Positions 14,120 to 30,544 are shown, counted from the stretch's first letter. The stretch is 64,000 bases of DNA from the human T2T-CHM13v2.0 reference genome, Homo sapiens (GCF_009914755.1 NC_060928.1), one strand, 5' to 3'. The notes: generated by a model not told the origin, from the letters alone. Made by a program: numbers and translations.

Positions 14120-15300
14120 AGAGTTGAGTTTTAAAGGATGTACAGAGGGGTTTGAGAAACTTAAGAACTGTACAAACTACATAATTTGAGGATCACAGTT
14201 CAGTGAGTAGTTTCTGCTGTCAGTGAGGCTGTAGCAGCACTCCTCACTGAATGTGAAAAACTACAGTATTGACAAATGTGTTTAAACCACTATGCACATT
14301 TTCAATCCTGATGAACTAGAGCTTTTATGGGGGAAAAATGCCACCTCAATTTTTTTTTAGACAAGAACAGCATTAGAACATCAAGAGGTCAAAGATAACT
14401 CAACATTACTTTTTAAGTGGAAAGTGTAAAGATGATATTAAGCTAAAACCTTTTTTAGTATACCACTTGAAAAACTCAAGAGCCCTTAAAGTAATGTTAA
14501 AGGAAGCAATGCTTATTTTATGGTGTTCAAATCATAAAACTTGCATATGAAGGTATTCATGATGTTGTACAGAACCATTCTTTATTATTCATCAAGGAAC
14601 ATATGGAGAAAGAAAATCTTAAACAAGGCACTTCTGATAATAGAACATGCTTATGTATATCTCTTTCTGGTTAACATTATTTCTGAAGACAATATTTAAA
14701 TGGACTCTTTTGCCTTCCAATTGAATGTCATTAACGCAGCCTATAGACAAAGGACATATCACGCTTCAAGCATATTGATGATGAATATCTGATGTGGGGT
14801 GCTAATACATTTAATACTTCTTTAATGTAGGATTTATAAAAGAGTTTTCATAAGATGATACTATTAGCCAATCAGGCTTGGAGGAAAATATCACTGCAAA
14901 CAATGAATGGAGTACGGAAGAATCCAGTACATATTTTGCTAACTTCCAGGAGTTAATGGAAATGTTGACCATAAAGCAAAAGTCTTACATCTTGCTAAAG
15001 GAGGCTGAATTTAATGAAATGGACAGTAGAAATGTTGATGTTTATAAGTGAAAAAATCTTTCCACTTGATGTTCATCATTAGTCAAGCAAAGAAAAAGGA
15101 GTCACAAATACTTGACACCGAATCTTAAAAAAAAAAAAATTTAGACCACACAAATAAAATGTTTGTTGTTACAAGTGAGTTTGATCATGACAGGAGAAGA
15201 CTCACCACATTAAAAAATTAAACTACAAATAGAGTATTGGGCGACCAGGAGCTGAAAAAGTGCAAGTAAAGTAACTTTAAACAGTTTATTCATTCTGAGT
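14120..15300 (+). mobile_element. Decayed pogo/Tigger (TcMar) transposase remnant
   Basis: Ordered motifs FNPDELELLW (14301), KLKPFLVYHLKNSRALK (14440), WCSNHK (14521), KALLIIEHA (14625), LPSN*MSLTQPIDKGHI (14710). Confidence 0.8.
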
Positions 15301-15829
15301 TTTTTCATCCAGTTGGTTTGTCTATGGCTTCAGTTGATGGTTCAGAGCTACTTCCATGGATTCAGACATGGATGAACCTCAGGCATCTATTTCACTACAC
15401 CAGTTCACTCTGGCTTAACTCACTACCAAACAGCAATGGGCGCTAAAGCTCCTATTTCTTTTTTTAACCACTATATTTCACTCAACCAACTCTATAATCA
15501 ATTAATCAGACATTTTAAAAATTGCCTTATTTATTTTGCAAAGTGCTATTGACGATCATTAATTATCTAACATTATTTCGTTATTTGTTTACACTATAGT
15601 ACATGTTCATTGGTGAAGTTAACTATTTCTTTGTATGTAAAGAAACACAGACAATCTCTAACTCCTCTTCCTGCTTTAAAATGCTACAATTTTAGATTGT
15701 TCTTTAGAGAAAAACAAACATTCTATAAAACTAAAGAATGGGAATGGCAATCACCTACCACATGCCAAATCCATAATTTCTCAAAATTGTTATTATTTTA
15801 ATTCCTGAAATATATTTCTCCTAAGATCT

Positions 15830-16160
15830 CTATGGTTTGCTACCTCAACTTTTTTTTACATCTCTGCTCAAATGTCATCTGATTACCACTTATAAAAATG
15901 TAATCACCATCTCCATGCTTTATGTCCCTCTCCATTTTGTCTCCATGGCATTTATCTATATTCATATACAACCAGCCTGTGAGAGGTTTGGATGTGTGTA
16001 TATACACATTCAACCACAGGTATAATTTACTTGTTTATTATCTGCCTCCCTTCACTAGAACATAAAGGTCCACGAAGACAGGGATATTTTTTCTTTTGTT
16101 CACTAGAGCAGTGCCTGGCATGTAGTAGGAGCTTAGTAAATCTTTCTTAAATTAATGAAC
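15830..16160 (+). mobile_element. L2 3' end
   Basis: cactagaacataaaggtccacgaagacaggga...cagtgcctggcatgtagtaggagcttagtaaat. Confidence 0.75.
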
Positions 16161-16710
16161 TAGTCATGGACCAGAAATATGTTTTATAAAGACCAACACG
16201 CTAGTTGTGCTTGGGAGAAAAGTCACAATTGGGGAAAAGAAAAAACTAAATTAGTAGCATTCTATACAAGAACACACAGGTGATGATACAGTTGGTAAAT
16301 TCATGAGTTACTCAAGAAAACTGGGAAAAATATCATTAAAAAGCCTTATTTAAGACACTATAATACTAACCAGTCATATAGCACATATTAGTTCTTCTGT
16401 TACTTCCACATAAAAGTGCTTCTTCCCATAAAGTACTTAAATATAAAGTATTTTGAACAGCACATACAGATTGCTATATATTAAATATAGGCTAATTTTA
16501 CTGACTGCCATATTAGAGACAGCACAGGGAAGAAGCATTACCTAAACACAGACGGTAATTCAAAAAACAGGGCCCCAAATAGAATTACATCTCTTTTGAT
16601 GATCAGGTCTGCATTCTCACCTACTATACTTTCTCAAATGAATTAGAATACACATTAGAATACAGAAAGAAATTATTTAGAAAAACTCCTAACAAATTAT
16701 ATAAAGATAA

Positions 16711-17740
<1,030 letters not shown>

Positions 17741-18039
17741 CCCCTCAAATTTAAACATTTACCCCAAAGGATATTAGGGATGTACAAAATCACTGAAAGA
17801 ATAATGACTAAACATTTCTGAAAGGAATTTAGAATCACTTATATTTTCAGTATTTTTGGCTGATCCCTAGAACACCTTAGAATATTAGCACTTACTTGTC
17901 ATCTGCAAGGACTCCCTCATGATGTTTATCTAAAGGTCTAGCATACTGCAGCTGTGAGTTACGTTTTTAAAAAACCGTTGAAAGGCCATCATGATTTTAA
18001 AGCATTGCTTTTGATTCTGAAAACATTTCTTTTCTAAAA

Positions 18040-19740
<1,701 letters not shown>

Positions 19741-20291
19741 GACAATAACAAATATTGTTACTAAACACCTACTGTGTGCTAGTTCTTGAAATATATTAGT
19801 TAACAAAAATTCAGTTCCTCATGGTGCTTATATTCTAGCAGAAGGCAACAGATAACAATAAACAGAATAAGTAGAGTATATAGTATAATAGAAGGTGATT
19901 GTTCTATAAAAAGGAAGGAGAATTTTTAGTCGGTGGAGGTTTGAGGAGAGAGAGAAAATAACTTCCTATAAGAGAGGAAATCGACTAAATAAAGGAGACT
20001 TAGAAAAACAGCATGATTGGATGTTTTCCTCATCAAGTTCAGCTATTCTAGAGTAAGTGTGTAGTAAAAGAGAACTGAATTAAAACACAGATAAGATTCT
20101 GAGTGTTAAATATGACAAAGGCAAAGAGAGGAAAGGGAGTTAAGATCTTACATGAAAAATGATCATGGTTATCAAGCACAGTATCTGAACTGAGTACAGA
20201 GAGAAGTGAAATCATGAGGAGATAGTCAACAGTGAAAGTGGTGTGGTCTATACATTGAAGGCTGCAATGAGGTGAAAAAAGACTGGATACC

Positions 20292-21275
20292 TGCATAAAT
20301 AATCCCATTAAAAAGTGGGCAAATGACCTGAATAGACATTTCGCAAAAGAAAGCACACCAATGGACAACAGGCATATGAAAAAAATGTTCAACATCACTA
20401 ATCACCAGGGAAATAAATGCAATTCAAAACCACAGTGAGACATCATTTTACCCCAGTTAGACTGGGTATTATAAAAAAGACAAATAATAACAAATGCTGG
20501 CTTGTGTGAAGAGGAAAGGCAACTCTTTTACAGTTTCTGGGAGTGTACATTGTACAGCCACTATAGAAAATAGTGCGGAGGTTTCGCAAGAAACTAAAAA
20601 TAGAACTACCATACAATCTAGCAACCCCACTACTGGGTATCTACCCAAAGGAAAAGAAATCAGTATATCAAAGAGATACCTGCATCCCCATGTTTACTGC
20701 AGTACTATTCACAATAGCCAAGTTATGAATTCAACTTAAATGTCTATGAATGGATAAAGAAAATGTGGTATATCTACATAATGGAATACTATTCAGCCAT
20801 AAAAAGAATAAAATCCTGCCGTTTGCAGCAAAATGGATGGAACTGGACAGCCATTATGTTAAATGAAAAAAGCCAGGCACAAAAAGACATATATCACATG
20901 TTCTCATTCATATGTGGGAGCTTAAGAAAACGCTGACCTCATAGAGGTAGAGAGTAAAATGATATTTATCACAGGCTGGGAAGGGTGGGAGGGGATGAAA
21001 AGGTTGGGTACAAACCTACACAGTTAGCTAGAAGGAATAAGTTTTAGTGTTTGATGGTACAGTAGGGTGACTACAGTTAATAACAATATATTGTATTTTT
21101 CAAAATAGAAGCAAAGATGTGAAATGTTCTCAACACAAAAATAACTATTTGAGGTGATGGATATTCTAAATACCCCAATTTGTTATTACACATTGTATAC
21201 ATGTATCAAAATATCACATGTATCCTGTAAATATGTATAAATATTATGTATCAGTACAATAAATAAAAAATAAAT
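20292..21275 (+). mobile_element. L1MA 3' end
   Basis: aataatcccattaaaaagtgggcaaa...aaggaaaagaaatcagtatatcaaagagatacctgca, ending in aataaa/A-rich tail. Confidence 0.88.
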
Positions 21276-24200
21276 ATTGGAATGAGAGTATTGGGATAAG
21301 ATGGTAGTCAGAAAAAGGGATAGGTAAAATTAGATTTGGGAGGTGATAAAGGTATAGGAATGTGGGAAAAGGTGGCTAGAGTAGAATAAAGGAAAACAGC
21401 GTTGGAAATGAAGAAATCAAGTAATGGAGAGGCCAGGGTGTTGGATGTATCAGCTACATAGAATTTGAAGTCAACATGAGCTATGATGGGAATAGTATTT
21501 GGGAGGAAGAAAGCAAAAAGCCTGGTAGAGACAAAAATGTAGATGGAATACTTTAATGCCATGGCTTCAAAGAAGGTTACGGTTTTGATCAAGCAGGGCA
21601 GATATAAAGATCTTGAAAGTTGCCTGCCAGTTGCCTCCTTATGTTACATAAAGTAAGGAATTAAAAACAATAGCAAGTGAGAAGTCTACAAAAGCATCCT
21701 TTATGAACACATAAGTTTCAATTAGAGCAATAAAGAAAGAGGAACACTCAGAGAAGAGACTGAGGGATTCTGTTGATGGAAGACCAGAAGCTCCAGAAGA
21801 CAAAGTAGAAAGAATTTGGGTGATTGTAAAGGGGTAGGAGACTGGGTCAAATTAGGGAATTAAAAAGCCAAAGGAAGAGGAGAATCTGGGTGATGATGGG
21901 ATGAACTGGTAGATTTCCTTTAATTCCTTCTATGGATGGACTTGCAAATAAAAGGGAGATTTTTATCAGAAATGTAAAAAGTCTTCAATCCAGTTCTAAT
22001 TTTAAGTGTGTTCTTAGAATTTGTTTACTATCTTACAGGTACCTGGTAAGAAAAGAAGAAAAATCTTTTCATGAACACCTCTAAATGCAGCTCATAATGG
22101 TATATCAGTTATTTTATGGCAATTACAATTCCCTGAGAGTTCCAAAAGGGCAACCTATATAAGAGAAATTCAAAGTATGACCACGATGACATCACAAAGG
22201 AACACTTACTAAGAAACACTTAAGGCCTGAATGAATCATGTTAAATTTACATAGTCAATCAAGGATGTCTGCATTTAGAGAAAAGCACTCTAAAAGATTA
22301 ACACTACCTGTTTTTAAGAAATCAATTACTTTATCATCAGTCATAACCCAACTGGTTAATGAACCATACTAGTATTTATATCATGCTAGAGTACAAAACA
22401 AAACATTAACAGTTTAAAAGGAAAAGGGTCAGTGTTCCCAAAAGGCACGGGAAAATAAAAAGGTTTTTAATATAAAACCTGGCTATCAATTAACTTAAGG
22501 GAAAAGAGTTTGTTAATAGGAGCTTTCAACTAACGGCATCAAATCCATCAAGAAGGTCCTTCAGGAAAAAAACAGAATTGTGGGTACGTGAATGCTAAGC
22601 ATGTGTGGGTATTAAAAAAAAAAGCAGGAAAAACATATTACATTTTGATGAAGGATGACTTTGTTATATAGATAGCAGTATGATTCGTTCAGCTACTATG
22701 TACATATTATCTGTTCAATTTAGTCCAGTCCAGCAGCCTTCAATTTAAAAATAAAAGATGAGACATCTTCCTGAATCATAAGCCAGTGACTTAAACATTT
22801 CAGGTGATTAGAGAATCTGCAGCTAAAGGCCAAAATAACTTAGTTTACATTTCATAAGGATATCTGTAAACAAGGCATTTTATATCTATATGCCTATGTT
22901 TATCAACATTCCAAACAAACTGGCTGATATTCAAACTATACACAGTAATACTTTAAGTACAAAGCAGAGAAAGGTTAACTATATGTACGTACAAAATAAT
23001 TTACTTCTTCAAAACGAACAAAGGAAGTACTAATACTACCGAATATTCTGAGAAACTGAAAGATATCTATCTAGGTAGAGTTTATCTTAGTATTCATTTA
23101 TTCACCCAAGAAATACTAACTCAGGACCTAACATGCAGGTACAGTCCTAGTTGCCGAGATTCTGCAATAAACAAAACAAAGTCCCTGTTATTATGGAGAT
23201 TTTCATTCTACTCTAGCACTCTAGTTAATTTTAGTGTTAACCTCTAGAAGGAATTCAGTTTTTAAACATTTCTAAAGTAAAGAATATACAAAATTAGTTA
23301 AAGTTCACCTTTGTCCTAGAACATCCTCCTCTGCATTTGACTTATTCAACCCTGAAAGAGTATTTTTGACTAGCTTCTAAATACAATGAATTGCTTGAGC
23401 TGTATTTAAGTAATACGCTTCTTCCAGTCTTGAGACGGTTTAATGCCAGTGGCATTCCTACAACCTATTTATTATTAAGCACTATAAGGGAATTAATCAC
23501 TGAAATTGTTCAGAGGCCACATGAAGAAAAAATAGAAACCTATAAGAAATATAGAGTATTCCCCATAGTTCCTCTCTAGTCTGCTTAATTCAAATAAAAT
23601 AATTCTAATCCTAGTCTGCTAACTAGTGGAGAATGGGAAGTGTTTTCTACTTAGTACTTAAAAGAGTCTAGGTGCTCCTCACACAGAACACTGTTCATTT
23701 TTTGAACTTCTTCTGGACGGCTCAAATGTTCAGCACACAGAGCTAAAAATCATGGTATTTAACTTTTCTGAGCTTCACAGTTCCTACCTGTTAAACAGTA
23801 CTTACCCTCTTAATATTGTTTTGGCATTAAATGAGATAGAGCATAAAAAAGGTTTAGTGCTCAATCACAACTGATGATATCAATCATCATCATTATCCCA
23901 GGTAGTGATATTCTCAATAGTAATAGCTTATATTTATCATTAGCACCATCTCAAAAAGCATAAGTTGGGAAAGACAATAAATTAGTTACCATAAGGATAT
24001 TAGAAGATTTCTTTGTGTTTTAGCAAGATGATCAACATGCACATGTTCCTCAAACTAAGCAAAAGATTTAAAGTACCAGGAATACTAATGCCATCCATAT
24101 CCAGGATCCCTAAAAATGATTGCATTTGGGATATTTTCAGGGAAAAAAAATCTGCACTAAAAAGATGTTTTAACAACACGTCATAATACTACTCCAAAGA

Positions 24201-24594
24201 CTCAGAAGTATTTCCTGTCTTTAAAATAATATTTCTTGCCTTTTACTTCAAAGTAGAGTTAATAGTAGAACTCAAATGGCAAACTAACAAAGGAGTTAAG
24301 ACCATTTAAAAGATATTGTTACTATCTTCTAGCCCCATCTTGGTCAGACCATTTGGAAATCTCTAAAATGATTTTATTGAAAGCAAATTTAAAAAGCCCA
24401 AGTAAACAAGCAGAAAAACTTTTATGTTTAATTAAATCTGGAAAGTGATGAACTACAAATAAAGAAATTAACAAAGGCCTAAAATAAAGCAAAAACACTA
24501 AGAAGAATCTTTAATTTAAAAACTCTGCAATCTTTCAAAAGATGTTGAAGAAATCCAGAAATGGAGAGGTCACTAAATATCCAAGAACACTCAC

Positions 24595-24641
24595 CCAACC
24601 ATTGGTAGGAGACCTCTTGGAGACCCAGATGCTTGAATCAG
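24595..24641 (-). CDS. LCORL: LCORL 47-nt alternative (frameshifting) cassette exon
   Basis: Minus strand ctatttcag|CTGATTCAAGC...AATGGTTGG|gtgagt; continuing from exon 4 it reads (A)DSSIWVSKRSPTNGW with no stop. This matches my recollection of a short LCORL isoform C-terminus (unverified). Confidence 0.7.
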
Positions 24642-24967
24642 CTGAAATAGTACCAAGTTTTTACTGATTACTCTTAATAGGGCAATGGAGCATAGGCTAA
24701 CTCCATAATATCAAAAATTAAAGGCTATTATTATTGATAATTCTAGTTATTACCATTACAAATGACTCAAAGGAAAAAGAGACTGAGTAATGACTTCCAA
24801 GGTAAATGAAACTTACTGTGTGCATGTGTGTAAATGTGTATATTTCTTCCAGTTCTCTTAGTGATACAAGTCTGATAACATAATTTTTCCTGTAAGTGAA
24901 TACTAACAGAATAAAATTTTCTACATTAATGTTACAAAATCCTTAAAGAAAGTATGTAAAATTATTG

Positions 24968-25085
24968 TTTTAAAGAGATGGGGTCTTGTTGCCCAGTCTG
25001 GCCTTGAACAAATGGGCTGAAGCAATTCTCCCACCTCAGCCCACCTGTTAGCTGGGACTATAGGTACGTGCCACTGTACCTGGCC
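24968..25085 (-). mobile_element. FLAM (free left Alu monomer)
   Basis: Single ~120-bp Alu arm: agagatggggtctt...gccactgtacctggcc. Confidence 0.8.
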
Positions 25086-26232
25086 ATAAAACATTTTTAA
25101 CACTGTACTAAAAATTTTGAAAAAAGATTTGATTTTTAAAGATAATGCAGATTTCTCAACAGTAACACAAAGGAAAAGATTTTCAGTCTCTTGCTCTTAA
25201 AAATTATAGTTCTTAATTTTAGGCCTTTAAATTATATTAAGACTCTTCTAATAAGAGGATTTCCATATTCCAACATATAAAAGAACTTAGAACACTTAAG
25301 ACTAAACAAAAGACTCTTGTATCACAGTCAAGTACTATTTTAAACATTATTGATTTAAACATGAAAGTTATCAATTTAGTAGAAAAATATCTAGTGATAT
25401 CTCATTCCAAAGAGGAGTAAAATAGGGTCAACAAGTAGATGATGACAATATGGTAATGTTTTCTTAATCTCAAAGTTGAGAGAGAGAATAATCCCCCAAC
25501 CTAAACATGCACCATAACTTAATCCAAAGGTCCAGGTGGTAAAAATAAGACACTCTATTACTGTGGGAACAGCCAAGAACAAAACATGAAAGGTCCTACA
25601 TTTCTCTAATTCTCCCAAGTAACTAAAATATAAAAACTACTACTGCTTGATACATGAGTGTAAAGTAAGGGAACAAGTAAAACAAAAGCTATTTGGTTTG
25701 AGTAGTTTGGAGAGACAAGAAATAAAAAAGAACATTGATTTTTTTAATGTCTACTAAGCAAATTAAAGTTACCAAATAAATATTGAAATAGCAAGTCAGC
25801 AAATATACTCCAACCAAGCTGATAAGTGATTTCACTATTACATTATCAGGCATAGCTTTGCAATATAATATTATATATCTGTAACTTATTGAACATCAAA
25901 CAAATTTTGAAGTGTTCAAGACAGCAATACAATAAGGAAGACCAGAAGCATAAGAAAAATTTTTAAAGGTTCCTATAATAGATGAGGAAAATGTGTGATA
26001 AAGTCAGAGAGATACTTGAAAATAGAATGCTGAACAGGAATGCCTAATACAAGACTAGTACTAGAATGATTGAGACTCCTACTGTCCCTAAAAATATAAA
26101 GAAAAATTAAGAATAAAGAAACAATAAAGAGTGAAGTAGAGAGACTGACATATAAAAAACTTTTGTGTAAAAAAATTCCAACATTTTACATCTCTATTGC
26201 AAATTTTAAATGACAAAGCATACCAATATTAC

Positions 26233-26362
26233 CTTTCTTTCGAAAGAGTGCATTTAGGTAATTTTCTGCTTGGCATTCAATCTTATCAGTGTTGGACTGG
26301 CCCTGAGATGATAGCTCCTCTGTTGGTGTTGACTGTGAAGAATCAAGAGATGGTATACAATC
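26233..26362 (-). CDS. LCORL: LCORL coding exon (probable exon 4), 130 nt, phase 0 to 1
   Basis: acttttag|GATTGT...AAGAAAG|gtaata; [43 protein letters not shown]. Confidence 0.96.
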
Positions 26363-27299
26363 CTAAAAGTATAAGAAAACAACAACATACAGAATTATTT
26401 TTTAATTCAAACATGGAATTCCATTAAAAATGACAAAAAATTAATGCTCTAAATGCCCATTTGTTCTGCTCTTTAAATTGTATCAAATTAGATAGAGGGA
26501 ACATAAAATTCAGAATGAGTCAGGAAAAAAGAAATAGCTCTGATAGAGAGTCAAAATAACCTTATTCCTTAGCAAAACTACAGTCAAAAAAAAAAAAAAG
26601 AGCATATGAAACATACTGGTGAATAAATTCACTATATTGGCATGCCAGTAATGCAATCCTATCGGAGAGTTTTAACAACAAAGCAGATGTGTTTACCCAC
26701 TAATCTGACCAAAATTGGTACAGGTTCTCAAGTTTTCAATTCTTCTCAGCCCTTCTCACAACAGTAGAAAAGAAATCAGAATTTCCCACCACACAAGAAG
26801 ATGCTGGTTGCATAGTTTATGCCCCGTATACAGTAGACACTTACATATTTCATCATTTACACAGGAGATAATTATGATATCCAAAAGACTTCAAGAGTAA
26901 GTGAAAGGCTAAAACAGCACATTATTCCCCTACTATTAATTTCTAAGAAATCAGATTGTAGGGTGGTCTCAGACCAAAGTAGGCCTTCAAGCTCATCCCT
27001 CTATACCTAAATACAAAATAGACCTGAACTAAACTTAATGAGTCAGGGTAAGTAAGAGTAAGAAAGAAATGTGAAATAAATAAGTAAAAAAAAAGATGAG
27101 TTTTCTAGGATTTTCACCTGCAAGTTAAGCTAAATGTTAGATTTCTAATATGACTTTAAAATATTATTTTCGTTTACCAAAATCAAATACTTAAACTTCC
27201 ACTGTGAGTCACAAATTTTCAAAACAAATTAAGATAAAAAAAAAACTGTGTTACAATTGTGCATTAGTTTAAAGATAATTTCATAGCACTAAAACTTAC

Positions 27300-27379
27300 A
27301 CTGACTGCTTCTCTCTGTAGGTTACAAAATGAACATTTTTCATCCATAGACCAGTCAGTCAGCTCTTCTGGTTCACAGT
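27300..27379 (-). CDS. LCORL: LCORL coding exon (probable exon 3), 80 nt, phase 1 to 0
   Basis: cttttaaag|ACTGTGAA...GTCAGT|gtaagt; (D)[26 protein letters not shown]. Confidence 0.96.
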
Positions 27380-28539
27380 CTTTAAAAGAGGGAAAAAATT
27401 CATTAAATATACTAACTTTATTAAAACAAATAAAATTACCACTCTCCACAGCAATGGCTCACATAATAATAATTTTTAAAAAACTAACAGTAATGGGAGA
27501 AGAACTAACTTTAAAATTAAACTCACAACATCTAGAAATAAACAGAGAAGGCTGTAAGGAGAGTAATCTGCACTATTATGGGACAAAATAGCAAGAACAA
27601 TGAGCTGGTTATAAATTAACAATTTTCCAACAATAGGGTTTTAAATATCATCTAACTTTCTGAAAGATTCAACTTATCATTGTGCTTTAATTTTATTTTT
27701 GCTATGAAAGGAATCAGAACAAAGGGGGAGATATCTGGAGGAAATAAACTTTGCACACCATGAAAGACAACATAAAATAGAGAAATAGAAGAAAGCACTA
27801 GAAAAGCCCACAGATTTCAGAAAATGGAATGATGCCCAAGAAAACAAGTAAAAGTCTATAGCTCAAAAGTCAGAACAGATTTTTATTAAATTGTTTAAAG
27901 GCTTTGTTGCAAGAATTAAGAGTAAAAATCAGGTAAACAAATAAGGTATATTATTTAATATAAAACATAGATTTTTTTTTTCCAGAAGAATATTCCTTAT
28001 AATCCAACTGTCGTAATATATTAGAGAATTTCTGGAAAACTAAAATAGTTCCTACTGAATTTTATGAAGGCATAATAATATTGTCATCCTAAATATATCT
28101 GGCATAGACATGATTTTAAAACTTAACCCTTGCAGCAGAAACTCTCCCCAATTTCTATTCCCAAATAAATTCATATGCAGAACCTCAAACATAAAAACCA
28201 TTATCATCTAAGGCAGCTATACTGTGACTGATTTGAAAAACACTGGTCTATCACTGCAATTTTCATACTTTTGAAATACATGATGAAGTTGAATACACAT
28301 CTCTGCTAAAATGCACAGATAATAAAGTTTTTCTTTTTTTGAAATGCTAATGAATAAATACTAGTTAGGATCAGTAGCTAGGACTCCCCTAAATCAACTC
28401 AGAAACACTGATCAGAAAAGAAGATAATATGTTGGAATATAAAGAACATAATAACAACTCCCTTTAATTTCTGCAGTAGTACACAAACTTATTACTAATA
28501 TCTACATAAACTTGGACAGAGCAGGGAATGGAAATTAAG

Positions 28540-28750
28540 ATGCGGTGTAGGGTAATGGAAAGATAACTAGATTTGAAGTTTCTGAAAATGTGGGGTGGAA
28601 TCTCAATTACTAGTTTAAGCTTTTCAAGCCACAAAGTTGTTTTAATTACCTTGTATGTGAATAAGGATCACATCATCTAACTTATTTATGGATTAAATGA
28701 AAAAATGTAAAAATACTTTATAAACTATGAAGCACCATACAAAAGCCAGT
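28540..28750 (+). mobile_element. MIR-like fragment
   Basis: gcggtgtagggtaatggaa...tggattaaatgaaaaaatgtaaaaatactttataaactatgaagcaccataca. Confidence 0.5.
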
Positions 28751-30544
28751 TATAAACAAGACAGAATTACCAGTCGTTATTTTTTAATCCTATATGATTG
28801 TATGTGATTTAATAAGGTCAGTTTGCAGAAAGATTTTAATTAAATTTTAATTAAGAAAACTGGTCACCTTCTGTAAAACCTGACAAATCAAAAAGTTTCA
28901 ACATTCTATATAATTAAAAACCCAGCTCCTATAGAACTGTAGCTATGTAGGCTTACGTAGGTTTCAAACTTTCACCCCCTCACTAGGACAGAATCACCAT
29001 ACAACGTAAGAAGAACTTGGGACCTCACGCTCATGTGAAGATGTTATTCCCCACTCACAGCCTGAAGTCCAGCTGAACCAGATCACCCATAAGCGTGCAA
29101 AAGATTTTGGAGTTGTTTTGGAACTGTTGTGCCAAAAACATGATTCCTATGCCAAGCGTAACATAATTCTGATAGGTCAAGGAAATCTTACTGCCCTTTT
29201 TTTTTTTTTTCTTTAAATCAGTGTCTCATTAAAGAATTTTTGGAAAATAGCTTGCAGGCTTCGGGAAGGGGTATTTTTAAAAAATAGCTGTACGGTTTCA
29301 TAAAGTTTCAGTGATAAATATCCTCAATCAAGGGCCAACAATTTTAGATTAAGACAATTGCCAGTTGTAAGATAATATCAAGGCATCCTGAGATTGTCAC
29401 TTATTTTAGATATTTTAGGAGTTCTTCAAGAAAATGTTAATTACAACAAATGTTTACACAGTCAAATAAATGGCAATGAATAATCAATTGAATATAAAGA
29501 CCATTAAATTTTTCTGAATTCAAAATGTATAGCTTTATAGCTTTACTTACAAATATTTAATCACTCTTTCTATATTAACTTTTTATTTTAAACCAAACAA
29601 ATGATGTTTGGTGGGATACATTTTTCTACATGGAAAAATAGCTTTTGAAAAATCAACTCTAGGCCAGATTTTCACTCTCCCCAGGTTATCTTTCATGTCA
29701 TTAAAAACTAAATAAATGCTGAAATAAAACATTCATTTTAATCTCTCAAACAACGAATAAGATACTCATCTCTAAAAGATGTTATCTCTCTTTTTGAAAC
29801 TGTAATGCATAAACTCAAAAGAGGTTAAATTATATATCTTATAGAAATAGCTTCATTAGTAAAAGGTAACGTCATAATTAAAACTAATAGTCAATGAATG
29901 ACAAACATCAACCTTTCCACCATGGATATATACTCTTATAGTTAAAATCTGGCTTGAATCATTTTATCTAATCCAGATTTTGAAATAGGAGAACCCTAGT
30001 ACTGAACTTTTTGTGGCTTTTCCACATACTCATGTGGCCTCAGTCAGGCAAGTTAACTTGAGTTTCAGATTCTTTGTTTGAAAAAGAGAATAATAATTAC
30101 ATGTTAAAGCTGTAGTAAAAATTAAAGCATGTGTGAAACACCTCAACAGATGTAATTTTTATTTTCTTCTAAATAACCTCATTATTAATAAATAATTTTT
30201 GAGTGTTTTAATGCTTTTTGGTCCCTTTAATCCATAGGCTGTAAATTTAGCGTTTCCAAAGACAAAGTTCAGTGAAAAATGAAAAAGAAGAATATTGAGC
30301 TAGATTTTTCATGAAGATCATGAAACACTGGTTATAACTGTATTGGTCTGAGGGAAAGATACTAATCCTTAGGCAATACAACTAAAAACTGATTTTTCAT
30401 TATGGAATTACATATTAACTATATTGAAAAGTACAAAGGAGAAAAGAAAAATTCATAATCCCATCATCCGTAGACAATGATTAACATTTTGTTATAGATT
30501 CTTCTAGTTTATATTTTATGCCGCTTAAAAAACTAGGATCAGCT

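Noticed and set aside
26197-26427. Plus-strand 76-aa ORF overlapping exon 4
   Set aside because: Antisense shadow of the LCORL exon, with a non-ATG start and no independent support.
27264-27449. 61-aa ORF as a stand-alone gene
   Set aside because: Only 27300-27379 is exonic; the remainder is intron flank.
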